A stretch of 63,793 nt of DNA, counting the filler, from Octopus bimaculoides (lineage: Eukaryota): NCBI RefSeq assembly GCF_001194135.2. It is 6 parts of 5 records of this genome, joined end to end, with 100 filler letters (N's around TTAATTAATTAA, not from the genome) between each part and the next. Parts side by side here need not be neighbours in the genome. Positions count along the whole stretch, not along the records: positions 1 to 23,158 come from NC_068981.1; positions 23,259 to 47,534 come from NC_068981.1; 4 more parts are not named here. The stretch is one strand, 5' to 3'. This document shows positions 12,236 through 25,499 of this stretch, piece by piece. The notes below the pieces were generated by a model. That model had not been told where the DNA came from. It saw nothing but the letters and a program-made list of their open reading frames with translations, and did not search any database. A program made the translations under genes and the position numbers. Position 1 is the stretch's first letter, and each line of letters starts with the position of its first letter.

Positions 12236-13489
12236 GATTGGAATCGCAATGAAACTAGGTTTTGTTAGTCGCACTCTCCATGATGAAACGCATCAAGTGT
12301 AGATTTCTGTGAACTGATCACACTAACAACTACAATAACTTCTTAGCTTGCTCCTTGTTTAAAATCTTAACTTATGAATTCTGCAGATTTATCGGCTGGA
12401 TATTATGAGTAGGTGACACACTGTTCGCGTCCTTCCTCAGAAGTGTCATTACTCGCCGTTTAAATGAAAATTATCCCGTTCTACTGTCACTTATGATAGA
12501 TATATGCCAAAACGTCGTCGAACAGTTTTCACTTCTGCGTATAATTTGTGGAGTATATCATCAAAATCAAGTGATTTGCGTATGGAAAATCCACTCACTG
12601 TCAGTTATTAGCATCTTGTAATAAACATAATCCTTTGCTAAGAGCCGAAGCAGTCCATGAAAATGAAAGTAGGCATTAAAGACTACCTCTGTCTCTGGGT
12701 AGCCACTCGTCCTGAACAGTTGATCATAATGGCACAAAAAACGGCACAATTGGAAACGTATAGGATACGCTCTTCGGGGTCCATCATTGACCGAGAGTTA
12801 CTTTTGTTGTTATACCTCGCATCGCCATCCTAGCCCATCAAATCACATATATTCCTTCGTGACAAAGAGCAGTTGCTTTAAACCGCATACCACAGTTCGT
12901 GTCACGTGTTGAACAAAAGATTTAGCGTCATTCTCACACTCCACTAGCACATTGGTAGTGATGCGAATCGCTCTAAGCGTGAAGATCTTAACTGCACAGT
13001 AATGCATGCGCCCATCCTCCTCGTGACACACGAAGAAACAAACGAATAAAACAAGTCCTACAGACTGCACCACGAAACGTCCACCCTACCGACACCATAT
13101 GTTACCTTTCTACAACTATTCTACTATATTATTCTGAGAAATCAAGCTATGTACCACTTTACCTAAACCTCTTTTGTTCGCTTATCTGTTTTGGGATTCT
13201 CCATCGACCCAGAAAAAATATACTAGGCCATTCGAAGACTTCTAAAAGTGAAACTTCTCAAAATGGAACTTTATTGTTTGAAAACAAGAGCATACATTAA
13301 AAACACTAAGGATTGTCATGGCTAAAATGCCTTCAGCCAGAGAGAACACTGAGCTAAACAAAAAAACTACAGGAGCAAATATATATTTAGATGATGATCC
13401 TCGGAACTGCAGTCCTCTGCAGTTTCAAACCGTATAGCAATGATATCAATCTCACTAAAAGTGGTATAGTCTTGTCTTGGATTATATTA

Positions 13490-13690
13490 TTTATCTTTTA
13501 ATTGTGTCAGTCAGTGGACTTCGGCCATGTTGAGAATAAATCGACCGCAGTACTTTATTATTTATTTTTTAAAGTTTGGTACTTAATCTATCAGGGACTT
13601 AGTCCGAACCATTAACTTATAGAGGCGTAAGCTAGCCAGCACAGGCTGAAAACTGATGTGGGAGACAAGACAGACACACACAGACACACA
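13490..13690 (-). mobile_element. 3' part of CORE-type SINE (diverged)
   Basis: TTTTAATTGTGTCAGTCAGTGGACTTCGGCCATG...GTACTTAATCTATC...CCGAACCATTAACTTA, similar to 30255-30400. Confidence 0.55.
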
Positions 13691-13724
13691 GAGACAAAAG
13701 ATAGAGATATGAATAAGATACATA

Positions 13725-13769
<45 letters not shown>

Positions 13770-14523
13770 CACATGTAGAGGAGAAGTACTTCGTTTGTTT
13801 CTTTTACTTAGCAAAAAATCTTTTGATGACTGCTGGAGTGTATTTTTGATAATGTTATCTTGTAGCTCAGCGATGTAATACATGGGAGTATTTATTCAGG
13901 ATATTTTGGGTCGGAAGGCGTTGTTTTATTTGTCTACTTTTAATCTACCCTATANNNNNNNNNNNNNNNNNNNNNNNNNNNNNNNNNNNNNNNNNNNNNN
14001 NNNNNNNNNNNNNNNNNNNNNNNNNNNNNNNNNNNNNNNNNNNNNNNNNNNNNNNNNNNNNNNNNNNNNNNNNNNNNNNNNNNNNNNNNNNNNNNNNNNN
14101 NNNNNNNNNNNNNNNNNNNNNNNNNNNNNNNNNNNNNNNNNNNNNNNNNNNNNNNNNNNNNNNNNNNNNNNNNNNNNNNNNNNNNNNNNNNNNNNNNNNN
14201 NNNNNNNNNNNNNNNNNNNNNNNNNNNNNNNNNNNNNNNNNNNNNNNNNNNNNNNNNNNNNNNNNNNNNNNNNNNNNNNNNNNNNNNNNNNNNNNNNNNN
14301 NNNNNNNNNNNNNNNNNNNNNNNNNNNNNNNNNNNNNNNNNNNNNNNNNNNNNNNNNNNNNNNNNNNNNNNNNNNNNNNNNNNNNNNNNNNNNNNNNNNN
14401 NNNNNNNNNNNNNNNNNNNNNNNNNNNNNNNNNNNNNNNNNNNNNNNNNNNNNNNNNNNNNNNNNNNNNNNNNNNNNNNNNNNNNNNNNNNNNNNNNNNN
14501 NNNNNNNNNNNNCACAGAATTTT

Positions 14524-14650
14524 GTCAGTGAACAGGTCGCGGTCTCAAAGCGACGAAAATATTTTGACAAATTAAATTTAAATGTTGAAGTGAATCTAAC
14601 GGATTTTGTGTGTTATTTTAAATGGCTTATAAACACCTTCCACGCTGCAA
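14524..14650. mobile_element. Partial second copy of the 6429-6680 MITE, opposite orientation, abutting a gap
   Basis: CAGTGAACAGGTCGCGGTCTCAAAGCGACG...AATTAAATTTAAATGTTGAAGTGAAT... is the reverse complement of the right arm and spacer of the first copy. Confidence 0.65.
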
Positions 14651-14681
<31 letters not shown>

Positions 14682-14861
14682 TCGATTGTTTGCTATTGTG
14701 TTTTTTTGCAAACATGTATTTTATCTTGAAGTTAATTTAATTTCTATAAAGTGTTCGTTACATTCATGATTACATGCATAATGCTTTTGTTCCTCTTGTC
14801 TATTTCTTTATTATCCTTAAGTTTTTAGTCGAGCACTACTTGTTCGAATATCTTGTTGAGT

Positions 14862-15065
14862 AAGGCAGTGAGCGGATAGAAACGTTAGCACGCCAGGCGA
14901 AATGCTTAGCGGCATTTCGTTTATCGTTACGTTCTGAGTTCAAATTCCGCCGAGGTCGACTTTGCCTTTCATCTTTTCGGGATTGATAAATTAAGTACCA
15001 GTTGCGCATTGGGGTCGATCTAATCGACTGGTCCCCTCACCCAAAATTTCGGCCCTTGTGCCTTT
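14862..15065 (+). mobile_element. tRNA-derived SINE (family A), nearly full length
   Basis: Head GTAAGGCAGTGAGC...GTTAGCACGCC, B-box-like GAGTTCAAATTCC, core GAGGTCGACTTTGCCTTTCATC, tail GGCCCTTGTGCCT. Confidence 0.85.
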
Positions 15066-15124
15066 AAGAAAAAAGAAATGTCATAACCGAATGGCGCCTT
15101 ATACATTCATTACGAAGTAAATAT

Positions 15125-15312
15125 TTATTTCTTTATTGCCCACAGGAGGTTAAAGATAGAGGGGAGGGACAAACAAAGACAGACAAAGGGATTAAGTCGA
15201 TTACATCGCCTCCAGTGCGTAACTGGTACTTAATTTATCGAACCCGAAAGGATGAAAGGCAAAGTCGACCTCGGCTGAATTTGAACGCAGAACGTAACGG
15301 TACAGGAAATAC
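15125..15312 (-). mobile_element. Family A-related SINE with a different 3' tail, inverted relative to the 14862 copy
   Basis: AAGGATGAAAGGCAAAGTCGACCTCGGC is the reverse complement of the family A core. ATTTCTTTATTGCCCACAGG recurs at about 15127 and 15316. Confidence 0.75.
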
Positions 15313-15499
15313 CAATTTCTTTATTGCCCACAGGGGCTAAACATAGAAATGGACAGAACAACTGATGAGATCCGTAGATCGATATGATTTTATATAAAAT
15401 ATGACTTTAAAAAATTAAATGAAATATAGAAAAAATCGAATGAAATTAACTATTCAGGGACAATACAAATGAAGCGATGATCAGGCCACGCTCCGATCC

Positions 15500-16200
15500 C
15501 ACAAGCTCCAATCTATCGTTGGTACCTTTTTTGTTCTCTTTTTTTCCCCGTCTATTCACACGGTTCTTTGCACGCACAACACTCGTGCAACATGCTTCTA
15601 TCTCTTTTGGAACGTACACTCCGACAGACATCACTTCTCTAGTCACACCTTCCTTTTCAAATGAAAAGTAAAAAGTGGCCAGAGATAAAGTTGCCTGTCT
15701 TAATTCCTTTTATCCTAGTCTTCCATACTGCCTGTTTCACTATTGCTACAACCGTGAGAAAACAATTCTTACCTTCGTTTGTTAAAACTCCCGGTGGGTC
15801 AATTTTTATAATTGACTTAGTCGACAGCTGTACTCTTCCTTCGCCAGACAACAGGTGTTCAGCATAAGCCCACATTTCAGATATCTCCGGGCACTGAACA
15901 ATAGCGTGACGGACGGTTTCCCTGTCTCCCCCGCATCTTTGACAGGTCGGCGACTGACGCTTACCGTGTCTTGCGAGCTTATCCCAAACGGGCAAGGCAC
16001 TTCTGTAGCATTGCCAGGTTAAGGACCTTTGACATTTGTCCAACGTTCTCAGCCCGAATGTACGGTGAAACAGGCTGTCCAGCTGAAGAAACCCGAGACC
16101 TAGAGTCGCCCCCAGACCATCGTCGCATTCAGACTCTACCAACTCACTATATAAAATCCGTGTGGATGAAATACCGCTAAGCTTTTCGCCTGGCGTGCAA
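15500..16200 (-). mobile_element. L1/Tx1-type non-LTR retrotransposon, 3' ORF2 fragment (zf-RVT region)
   Basis: TWQCYRSALPV.DKL.RHG...PTCQRCGGDRETVRHAIVQCP, the C-x2-C...ET..H....C motif of L1-clade ORF2 C-termini. Confidence 0.8.
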
Positions 16201-17849
16201 ACGATTTTGCCAGCTCGCCGCCCTATCACGAAGTAAATATTGATGTTTATCATTGGTGTTGACAATATTTTATCCCTCAAATTTCTAACTTTTGATATTG
16301 TAGTTTTATTTGAACTTTTGTCTTTTTTTGGACATATTTTGCTTGCAGATGAAGGTTGGTTCCAAAATTTAGGAGAGTGATTCGATATGTGTTAAGCGAA
16401 TGCTGTCATAAGTTAATAAATTTATCTACGTATGTGAGTAGCATGACTTTTCTTTTCTATAGTTTATTTCGTTTCTTCATATTCTTCTATCTACTGTGTG
16501 TAGAGGGCGCTGTTTGTGTGTTTCTAAGAACAGAGTATATATTAGTTAATAAATGTTTTTCACTTCCTGATTTATCTATTTTCTTCTGACACTGTATAAT
16601 TTCTGTTCTTACATTTTCAATTGTTTGGGCTACTTTGTGTTTTTTTTTTTACAATCAAGTTTTTTCTGTATATCAGGAGAACAGGTTGTCTGTTTAAACA
16701 TGTATTGAAAACACGACTATGTTCTAATTATTTTTATTAAAGTTTTCTCGTGTCTTCTTATCAGACCCCTATAGTTTGCCTGGAAAAATCAAATTCCCAA
16801 ATTCATATTTATCACTATTTCAAGGCAATGTCAGCCTCATCGTCAATGTGGAGTGGTTTTTACTTCTGTGTAACTATGTATGTATGTATGTATGTATGTA
16901 TGTATGTATTTGAGAAGATATCAATGGCACGCATAAACAGTACACAGAATAAATGAAGATAAGACTTTCATATAATAGAAATAGTATCATAGACAAATAA
17001 AATATGAAGAAAATACTCTGAACAAATTTTATCTTTGAAAGCAAATCTTTGGGGAAATCCAAAAATAATACTGCAAAACCGGAAAAAAAAGAAAACAAAA
17101 CATTAGCACATATAATGACCATATCGCAACGCAAGTTTGAAAAGAAAACATTGATAAAAGGAACAGTTGATAAAAATGATGACGTATAGACAATAAATTA
17201 CGAATAAGTATATTTAACACACGTGATGGAGAGATATTGAAGAAAAAATATGACATTGACATTTATTTCTGATTAGGTAGAAAATAAGTCATGACTCAAG
17301 AGAAATAACGAAGAAGAACAAACAATATCCTAATATTTATATAGAAATATATGCGTATAAATACATTCTAATTCGTGCACAGAGCAACACACATCAAAAC
17401 GCGTCTATGAATGTTTGTATGTCTGTATACATACATACACGTGCACACACATATGTATATTCAATGATATTACAATGCCGTAGAATCTAAGAAACCTTGC
17501 TGAAAGAAAACACTATCCACTCGAAGTTCAGTAAAAATGTGTAAAGGTGTCTTAAAATGTTTGTAGCCTATTTATTTTTGTTCTCTTTTATTGATTTGGT
17601 AGAGTGGAATAGACTATATCCATGGCCTTCGCAGACCCCCAGAGACCACTAAGATCGATGCAGATAACGTTGCTCTTGAACATTTGCGACGCATTTTATC
17701 TTCATTAATTGACCCATTTCCTAGTTGCAAAATGTGTTTTGAATAGGGCTGCAATAGCTAAAATATCTTTTTAATTCCCAGAGCTAGCACGGATGAGTAC
17801 CTTTGATGTCTGTCAGAATCTGCCAAATGAAGAAAAGTGCGCAGTACAG

Positions 17850-18300
17850 AATGTTACTTTCACAAATTAATGTTTTCTATTATGATTCTACTACAGAATA
17901 TGGTAATTATAGAGGAAGTTTTTCGTTTTCTACAGTATAAAATGTCTTCAAACAGAATTCCATTTGCTCATTTAGCAAAACTTGTGTATTTTAAAATCAT
18001 ATGTCAGTCGCAATGTGGTTTTAGAGCTTCTAACAACAGTACAAAGGATATGATATTCACATCAAGGCAATACTTCTAAAAAATATATTGAACGACATCA
18101 AGTGTATTGACCTAACAAAGGTTTTCAATATGGCCAGTAAGCGTTTTGGATGATATTAGAGAATGTCCATCTAGATTTTTCAACTAATGTATCTGAAAGG
18201 TCAATTTGTTTTCAGTGTATCACTTTCTCGTTTTACATTTGGTAAAGGTATAAAGCAGATTTACATAGATGTCCCTATACACGATGACGATCAATATTTC
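17850..18300 (+). mobile_element. Old RTE-clade reverse transcriptase fragment
   Basis: SQCGFRASNNSTKDMIFTSRQ, followed after a frameshift by IDLTK.F (IDLTKAFD motif). Confidence 0.65.
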
Positions 18301-19074
18301 ATGTTTTCCAGCGATAACATGTCGAACTCTCTTTATTGTATAGAATTCCAAGAAAAACTATTTGATTTACAGCGATTAAAAGTATGGTCAAGTGTCGTCA
18401 TTACACAACGTTTTTAGTTCGAATGGTCTATCGGTATCATTTTTACTTGCAGGAAAATAGGCTGGTGGGACATATGTATACATCCTGCCTCCACTACGCA
18501 CATCACCTCTTCTCCAAAACACGTTAGTTCAACCACGTATCCTTCCTCTGCTTATACACCCCCACCCCTTGTGCCTTTCTCCTGAGAGAGAGAGGCACTC
18601 TTATGTATTCACACAACACCCAGCCTCTTTCTTTCTTAACTCTTTTCTATAGAATCACATCCCCACTGCATCGTCTATCCATTCATTTTTTTTAAACATT
18701 ATATAATGTACGAAACGTCAAAAACCAGTTTCCCTTTAATTTTCAAACGTGGGACTAATAATACCTTTGTGGAAGCTTGTCCCTCTTTTATTTTTTCTCA
18801 TTTTTCTTGCTTTTCCTCATCCATCACATACACACCACACACATTTTTGTACGCATATATATATATATATATATATANNNNNNNNNNNNNNNNNNNNNNN
18901 NNNNNNNNNNNNNNNNNNNNNNNNNNNNNNNNNNNNNNNNNNNNNNNNNNNNNNNNNNNNNNNNNNNNNNNNNNNNNNNNNNNNNNNNNNNNNNNNNNNN
19001 NNNNNNNNNNNNNNNNNNNNNNNNNNNNNNNNNNNNNNNNNNNNNNNNNNNNNNACGGATGATCACAGACGCGT

Positions 19075-19465
19075 ATTGTTGTTGTTGGCACTCGGCCGCT
19101 TACGACGTCGAGGGTTCTAGTTGATTCGATCAACGGAACAGCCTGCTCGTGAAATTAACGTGAAAGTGGCTGAGCACTCCACAGACACGTGTACCCTTGA
19201 CGTAGTTCTCGGGGATATTCAGCGTGACACAGTGTGACAAGACTGGCCCTTTGAAATACAGGTACAACAGAAACAGGAAGTAAGAGTGAGAGAAAGTTGT
19301 GGTGGAAGAGTACAGCAGGGTTCGCCACCATCCCCTGCCGGAGCCTCGTGGAGCTTTTAGGTGTTTTCGCTCAATAAACACTCACAACGCCCGGTCTGGG
19401 AATCGAAACCGCGATCCTATGACCGCGAGTCTAGCTGCCCTAACCACTGGGCCATTGCGCCTCCA
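19075..19465 (-). mobile_element. Full-length tRNA-derived SINE (family B)
   Basis: The minus-strand head GTGGAGGCGCAATGGCCCAGTGGTTAGGGCAGC...GGTTTCGATTCCCAGACC has Pol III A and B boxes; the body is shared with 6215-6428. Confidence 0.85.
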
Positions 19466-19959
19466 CTCAGACGCGTATACTTTTAACGTAATTCTTAGGT
19501 AGAATCAGAATGACAGAATGTCTGACAGAGCAATACCTTTGAATTCCAGGCAGACGCTATGCAACGAGTTTTGTATAAGTTTCTGTGTACTTACGTAAAA
19601 TAGGCGTAGTATGATCAAATGGTTGAAAAATTTGTTTCTCAATTACGAAGTTCCGGAATCGTTCCCATTGCCTGCCAAGTGGGCAAGTGTCATTTTCAAA
19701 GCCGCAGGTGGACTCATCGCTTCCGAGTGAAATTGGGTAGACAGAAACTGTATAGAAGTTTGTTGGGTACATTGTACCAATAATATAAAATCTACACACT
19801 TGTCATACACTGTGTCATGTTGATTTTATCTGAGAATTACATTAAGGTTAAACCTGTTTGTGGAATACTCAGCCACTTACACACGTTAATTCAGGAGCAG
19901 GTAGTTCAGATGATCAAACAACTGAAACTTCAACATCGAATGTCGCAGATCCATTATCA

Positions 19960-19991
<32 letters not shown>

Positions 19992-22154
19992 CTTAATACG
20001 TTCGTGTACACTCGGATGTGGGAAAACCTTTCGTTGCGGAAATAATCACAATGGAAAATACTCTTCATAAACAATGTGGTAAAGCACATTACACTATGAA
20101 TGACGTTATCGTAAAACGACTGTGCTTCTAGTTCGATATGCATCATCAACTACCGACACCGAATCTGTCGTTCATAGTTCACGGAGTACGGTCGGTCTCA
20201 TATATTAACAGCAAATAGTACATTTGCTGATGTGAATAAAGCTTAGTAAAGCAGGAATTAATTAACCAGAAGCGCATGAAATAGTGCTGATGGAATATAG
20301 GTGTATGTACAATTATATTAACACGCTCATCTAACCTCTGACATGAGAAGACCATTCGCTGCGGAAATATTCTCGACGGGAAAGAATTCTAATATATGTA
20401 TAATGAAAGGCATACATATTCATCAACACACACATAGCAACAAACAAATACTCATATATATGTATATAGAGTCAACAGATGGGATATAGAGTGTCTCAAT
20501 ATGGAAAACACTTATTAGCGCTCAAATAATTCGAACATACACTCTGCTGACTTGGTCCTCAGTGAAGATAGTAGAGTGTATATATATTTATGCTTCATTG
20601 TTCATCATCTAAAAACTTTGAGTCTGCCTTCTCTGTTTACATGTATACACGTGTATATATATTTTGTACATTAAAACCCATGCTTATATATGTTTATTTG
20701 AATCATTGTCTCTTTATATGTATGTATGTATGTATGTATGTGCACTTCTTTGTGCGCGTCTGTGTGTGTGTGTGTGTTTGCGGGTTCCGGTCTTGAACCG
20801 GGTCCTGTGTTGGCTCTTGTGTAAAGCAATTCATTTTATGATACTGTAGTTCCCTTCAGTTGTTACGAGGTGGCTGGTTCACTTGCCCACGAGTAGAAGG
20901 GTTGAAATGGTGTGCATATTTGCTCGCGACAACATAGAGATCTAAACAATTATCGATAGCATGCTCTATGTTACGGAATCATCCTCAATTCCAAGCGACA
21001 TTCTTAGGTTTACATACATACACATGTGTGTGTGTGTATGTGTGTGTGTGTCTGTGTGTGTCTGTGTGTCCGTGTGTGTGTGTATGTGTGTGTGTGTCTG
21101 TGTGTCCGTGTGCGCGCGTGTGTGTTTGAGTGTGCCTCTGTGTGTGTATGTTTACATGCGTGCACACACCTGCACAAACATATGTACAACGATTTTAGAT
21201 TCGTCCAAAATAGAAACCGATCAGCAGAGGGCACTTGCACTACATGGCGATCTATTTGCTAGAAATAGCCATCAAATCTCTCTTACGAATCTTTATAATA
21301 TATGCACAGATCATGAATATAATATCTTTGACAATTTGTCCTCCTGATAGAGGTAATTTGGGAGGAAACAGAAAAAGATGACTACAAAATGAAACACATC
21401 TAATAGTTATAATGGAATTTGAACAGGGTTGTTTATGAACATATTTATTATTATTTCTTGAAAGAACTCCCGACATGGCTGCGAGAAACCTGTAATAAAA
21501 CAGGCAATTGCTTAGTATGATGGGAGTTACAAATGGAAAGGAAAGAAGACACACAAAAAAATCTAATGAGCAGCCTCCCTCAAAATAATAAAATGATCGA
21601 CGCAAAATTCACAAGATGTCACTAGATGTTGATAATGGTAGTAGCTAGTCGGTTTGATGTGATTGTCGACCAACTGTCTGGAGCCTTGTTAGTTCGTAGA
21701 TCGTCACAGGAAACCCGCCGCGTTTATAGATAACGAATATAAATTTCGAATGCCGCAATCCACTTAACTGCAAATAGGTATCAGGATCAAAAGCAATGGA
21801 TCATTACCTGAATTAACGAGAGCAATGTATAACAGATGAGAGTTCGTTTTTGTAGCTCATAAACTTGCAAGATCTGGTTTCAGACACTGACATAGGTATA
21901 GCCTGGCGCAGAATAGTCTGTAAATAGGTTGAAATAGGTGACTGGCAGACTATCGTTTATTGATTATCACTAAACCACATCTTTCTGCATCCAGTAACAC
22001 ACCTACCATCAATTTTCTTTACAACCGCCACCACTAACAACTCCGCCATCACATCAATAACAACATCACCATCACTTCAGTTGCGTGGTGGTTGCTGCTG
22101 TTATTACCGTGGACATCTTTGCGAAAATACATTTCGTTTTATGAGAGATTTCTC

Positions 22155-22236
<82 letters not shown>

Positions 22237-22875
22237 CGTTAATAAAATTAACTCGGGAAATTGGAGGACATTTTCATTTTATATTTTTATTTTATCAAAA
22301 ATGAATTCATTGTTAGAACAAAAAAAAAAAAAGGTAAGACTACAAAACACAAAAATATAGAATACGAAAGAATGAAAAATAAAACCAAAAATCAATAATT
22401 ATCGATTCTATTAACTTTCCTAAATTCACGTTCTTTATCATTCCTTTTCCAAAAACCATATCGTTTTATATTCAGGTCAACATTCTTTTTACAAATTCAT
22501 TCTGCTAATGTAGCTTCAATCAAATCAAATTTTAACTGCATTTTATTTTTGTGTCTTTCTTCTTTACATTATTATTGTCTCACAAAATCTTAATATTTCT
22601 CAGTACGGATTTATTTCTCAAGAATTTGATAGTCAATCAATCAATTTAACATATTTTGTTAATTTCTTTTCCTTTTCTTATTCTTTATAATTTTTCTTAT
22701 ACTAAACTGTTTTATATTTTCCTATTTTTGGTTTGTTTCCTGAATTTTGAAATGCTTTTCTTTATGTTTTTGATTCTTTCATTCTACTTTTTTTTAATGT
22801 GACATGTGGTAGTGTCCTTTCAATAAAATAATTAATTGTTTTCTTTCTTTAAATCTTTTAAATCTTTTGAGAATG

Positions 22876-22908
<33 letters not shown>

Positions 22909-22998
22909 ATGCATACATTACATACATATGTATATACATTTATACATGCATTATATACATACTTACATACACACATATTAACTTATATGCATATATAA

Positions 22999-23031
<33 letters not shown>

Positions 23032-23158
23032 CGCACACACACATACACATACTTGTGTATATACATAACAATATACACCCATATATATGTCTGCATGTCC
23101 AAATATGAATATATTTGTGTCACTCTTTTCTCTCTCCCTTTATATATATATATATATA

Positions 23159-23258
23159 NNNNNNNNNNNNNNNNNNNNNNNNNNNNNNNNNNNNNNNNNN
23201 NNTTAATTAATTAANNNNNNNNNNNNNNNNNNNNNNNNNNNNNNNNNNNNNNNNNNNN
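23159..23258. other. Artificial scaffold linker 44N-TTAATTAATTAA-44N (also at 47535-47634, 59406-59505, 60869-60968, 62630-62729)
   Basis: The identical 100-nt construct occurs five times; TTAATTAATTAA places stop codons in all six frames. Confidence 0.95.
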
Positions 23259-23439
23259 TCTCATTATTTAGCGGTCTGTAGTCTTTGATACCAATGCTAA
23301 GGGGGCCGGTAAATAGTTATGCCCGAGGGCCCTTAATACTCTCAATTCACCCCGGAATAGGCCTGTCAAACTTGCCGGTGTCTATGCGCCTGTCCTCTAC
23401 TCTATTACACAAGATATAAATAGTGAATTTTAAGACCAA

Positions 23440-24230
23440 CTTCCAAGGACAATTCAGGAAATTCCAAACCAGGAACAGCTACGATTACTTGGCGACTTCA
23501 ACACCAGCATAGGGATCAGGCCTCGACCCCTGGTCAAACTCCTTCGGAGGCATGGAATTAGCAATATAAATGCCAAATGACAGCAATTATTTGAGCTTTT
23601 CACACTCCATGGACTATTTGTCCCTGACACTTCCAAAGTAAATCCCAGAACATACTTCGGCTCCACCATTATGGAAATCTCTTTCTAAAGTCTGAAATCG
23701 ATAGGCTGACAACCCAAACCGGGAAGAACACTAAGCTAACACCATACATCAAGACTACTGCAGTCTACAGAGTCTACGTCTTCAGCACACTATTTTCTGG
23801 TAGTGAAATCTTAAGCATCTACTTCAGACAAGAGCAGCGTTTCAATGTCATCAACTCTGCAGCCTGAGACAGATTCTGAACATAAAGTGGACTAACGGTC
23901 TCTTCTTTCCATTGCAATACGATACTTCCAATGATTGGGCCATGTACATCGCATGTCTAATGGAAAGATCCCACTGGAGAATAGTTCAAATAGACGAGGG
24001 GTGAGGTTGGAGCTTGATAATAAAGAAAAGTAAAATCGATGGAAAAACAGCACCAAGCCAAGATGAGCAAACAGCGCCTTCAAACGCAATCACTGCACAC
24101 GGAACTACCTCTCACATTAGGGTTTAAACAGTCAAAGCAGATGCTGCTCTGCCAACAAAACCGAAGCAAGACCTTCCAAGCGCAGAGCCATAGTCTCGCA
24201 AGACTAACAGACGCATCCGAGGCAACTGAT
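23440..24230 (+). mobile_element. Decayed RTE-clade LINE: endonuclease fragment joined directly to post-RT C-terminal region
   Basis: IQEIPNQEQLRLLGDFN (APE motif) at about 23453-23500; then YFGSTI, T.VYRVYVFSTLFSGSE and SLRQILNIKW at 23650-23890, matching RTE FxYLGS...TLLYGSE...CLRRIL. Confidence 0.7.
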
Positions 24231-25499
24231 GTTATGTTCTCGAAATTTCTTATATACACAACGATTACATCTGCTTGGGTATCTCAGAAAACTAAATGGC
24301 AGTTTTACAAATTCCTTCTAAAGAGACATAAAAATATATGAGGAAAATTTCAAAAGAATTGTTAAACATATCTAAAAATGAGTACAAATTTGTATAGAAC
24401 AACATTTATAGGAAAAGTAATTTTCTCTTGAAGAAGTTTTTCATGGATTGTGGTATCAAATAAAATAGTTCAACCAATTTTATTTAAGAGTTTATAGTGA
24501 TTTCAGGAGTGCATTTTGGTCTCGTATTTAAATGATACATATTCAATACTATTTGAGATTTACAACTAAAAGGATTTTAATTCTCGATGATGGTGCTTGT
24601 TTGGGCGTAGAGTTTTGCACTGAAACAAATAGAATGTTGTACTTGCTTTGAATTTTTAATTAACAAGATTCAAGACAGGCCAGATTTCGGTCAAATGGGA
24701 ATTATTTCGTGTTTAATTTTACACTCTGTTAAGGTGTGCCCTGTAATGGTTACACCTTCAAACACATACTTCACACACACACACACACACACACCAATTT
24801 AACCGGTTGATTGCATGCTAACTACCTGATAAAATCTAATACAGATTTTATCCTTAATTTTAATATAGATAGATAGATAGATATTGATATGTTTTGCGTG
24901 TAACTGGATATGTGCATGCGACTGTATGCATGTATGTATGTATGTATGTATGTATGTACACATACAGATATAGATAACACAAACATACACTCACATGCAC
25001 ATATCCAGTTACACGCAAAACAATATTTGTACCCAAGTACATTCATATTTATACACACACATGCATATCCCTATGCATAGATATACACTTGAACAAATGC
25101 ATGTTCGCGTACTACATAAATAAATGCGTGTATACACACACAGACACACATGCAATATGTACACACATATATATGTATTTCTCCTCCTTCTGTCTGTCTG
25201 TCCGTCCGTCCGTCCGTCCGTCTATCTATCTGTCTATCTATCTATCAATCTATCTATCTATCTACACACACACATCACACGCGCGCGCGCATGCACACAC
25301 ATGCGCGCGCGCACATACGCACGTGCACACACATGCTGCTGGACAATTTTCACAATAGAATGCCTGTATTGCAATTTTTTTTTTATTCTAAGTCAGTTCA
25401 TGTCTTCCCCGACGGATAAGCCTCTTGAGCAGGTCAAATTTCTGTATTCATACCTAGCACGTGCCCGGATTATCTATGTGTTGGCCATGTTTTGTTATT

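Noticed and set aside
19385-19465. tRNA-like sequences (also about 30560-30625 and 52660-52725)
   Set aside because: They are SINE heads continuous with SINE bodies; no complete cloverleaf, so not called tRNA genes.
23203-23214. TTAATTAATTAA palindrome recurring five times
   Set aside because: Always centred in exactly 44N+12+44N; an artificial six-frame-stop scaffold linker, not biological.
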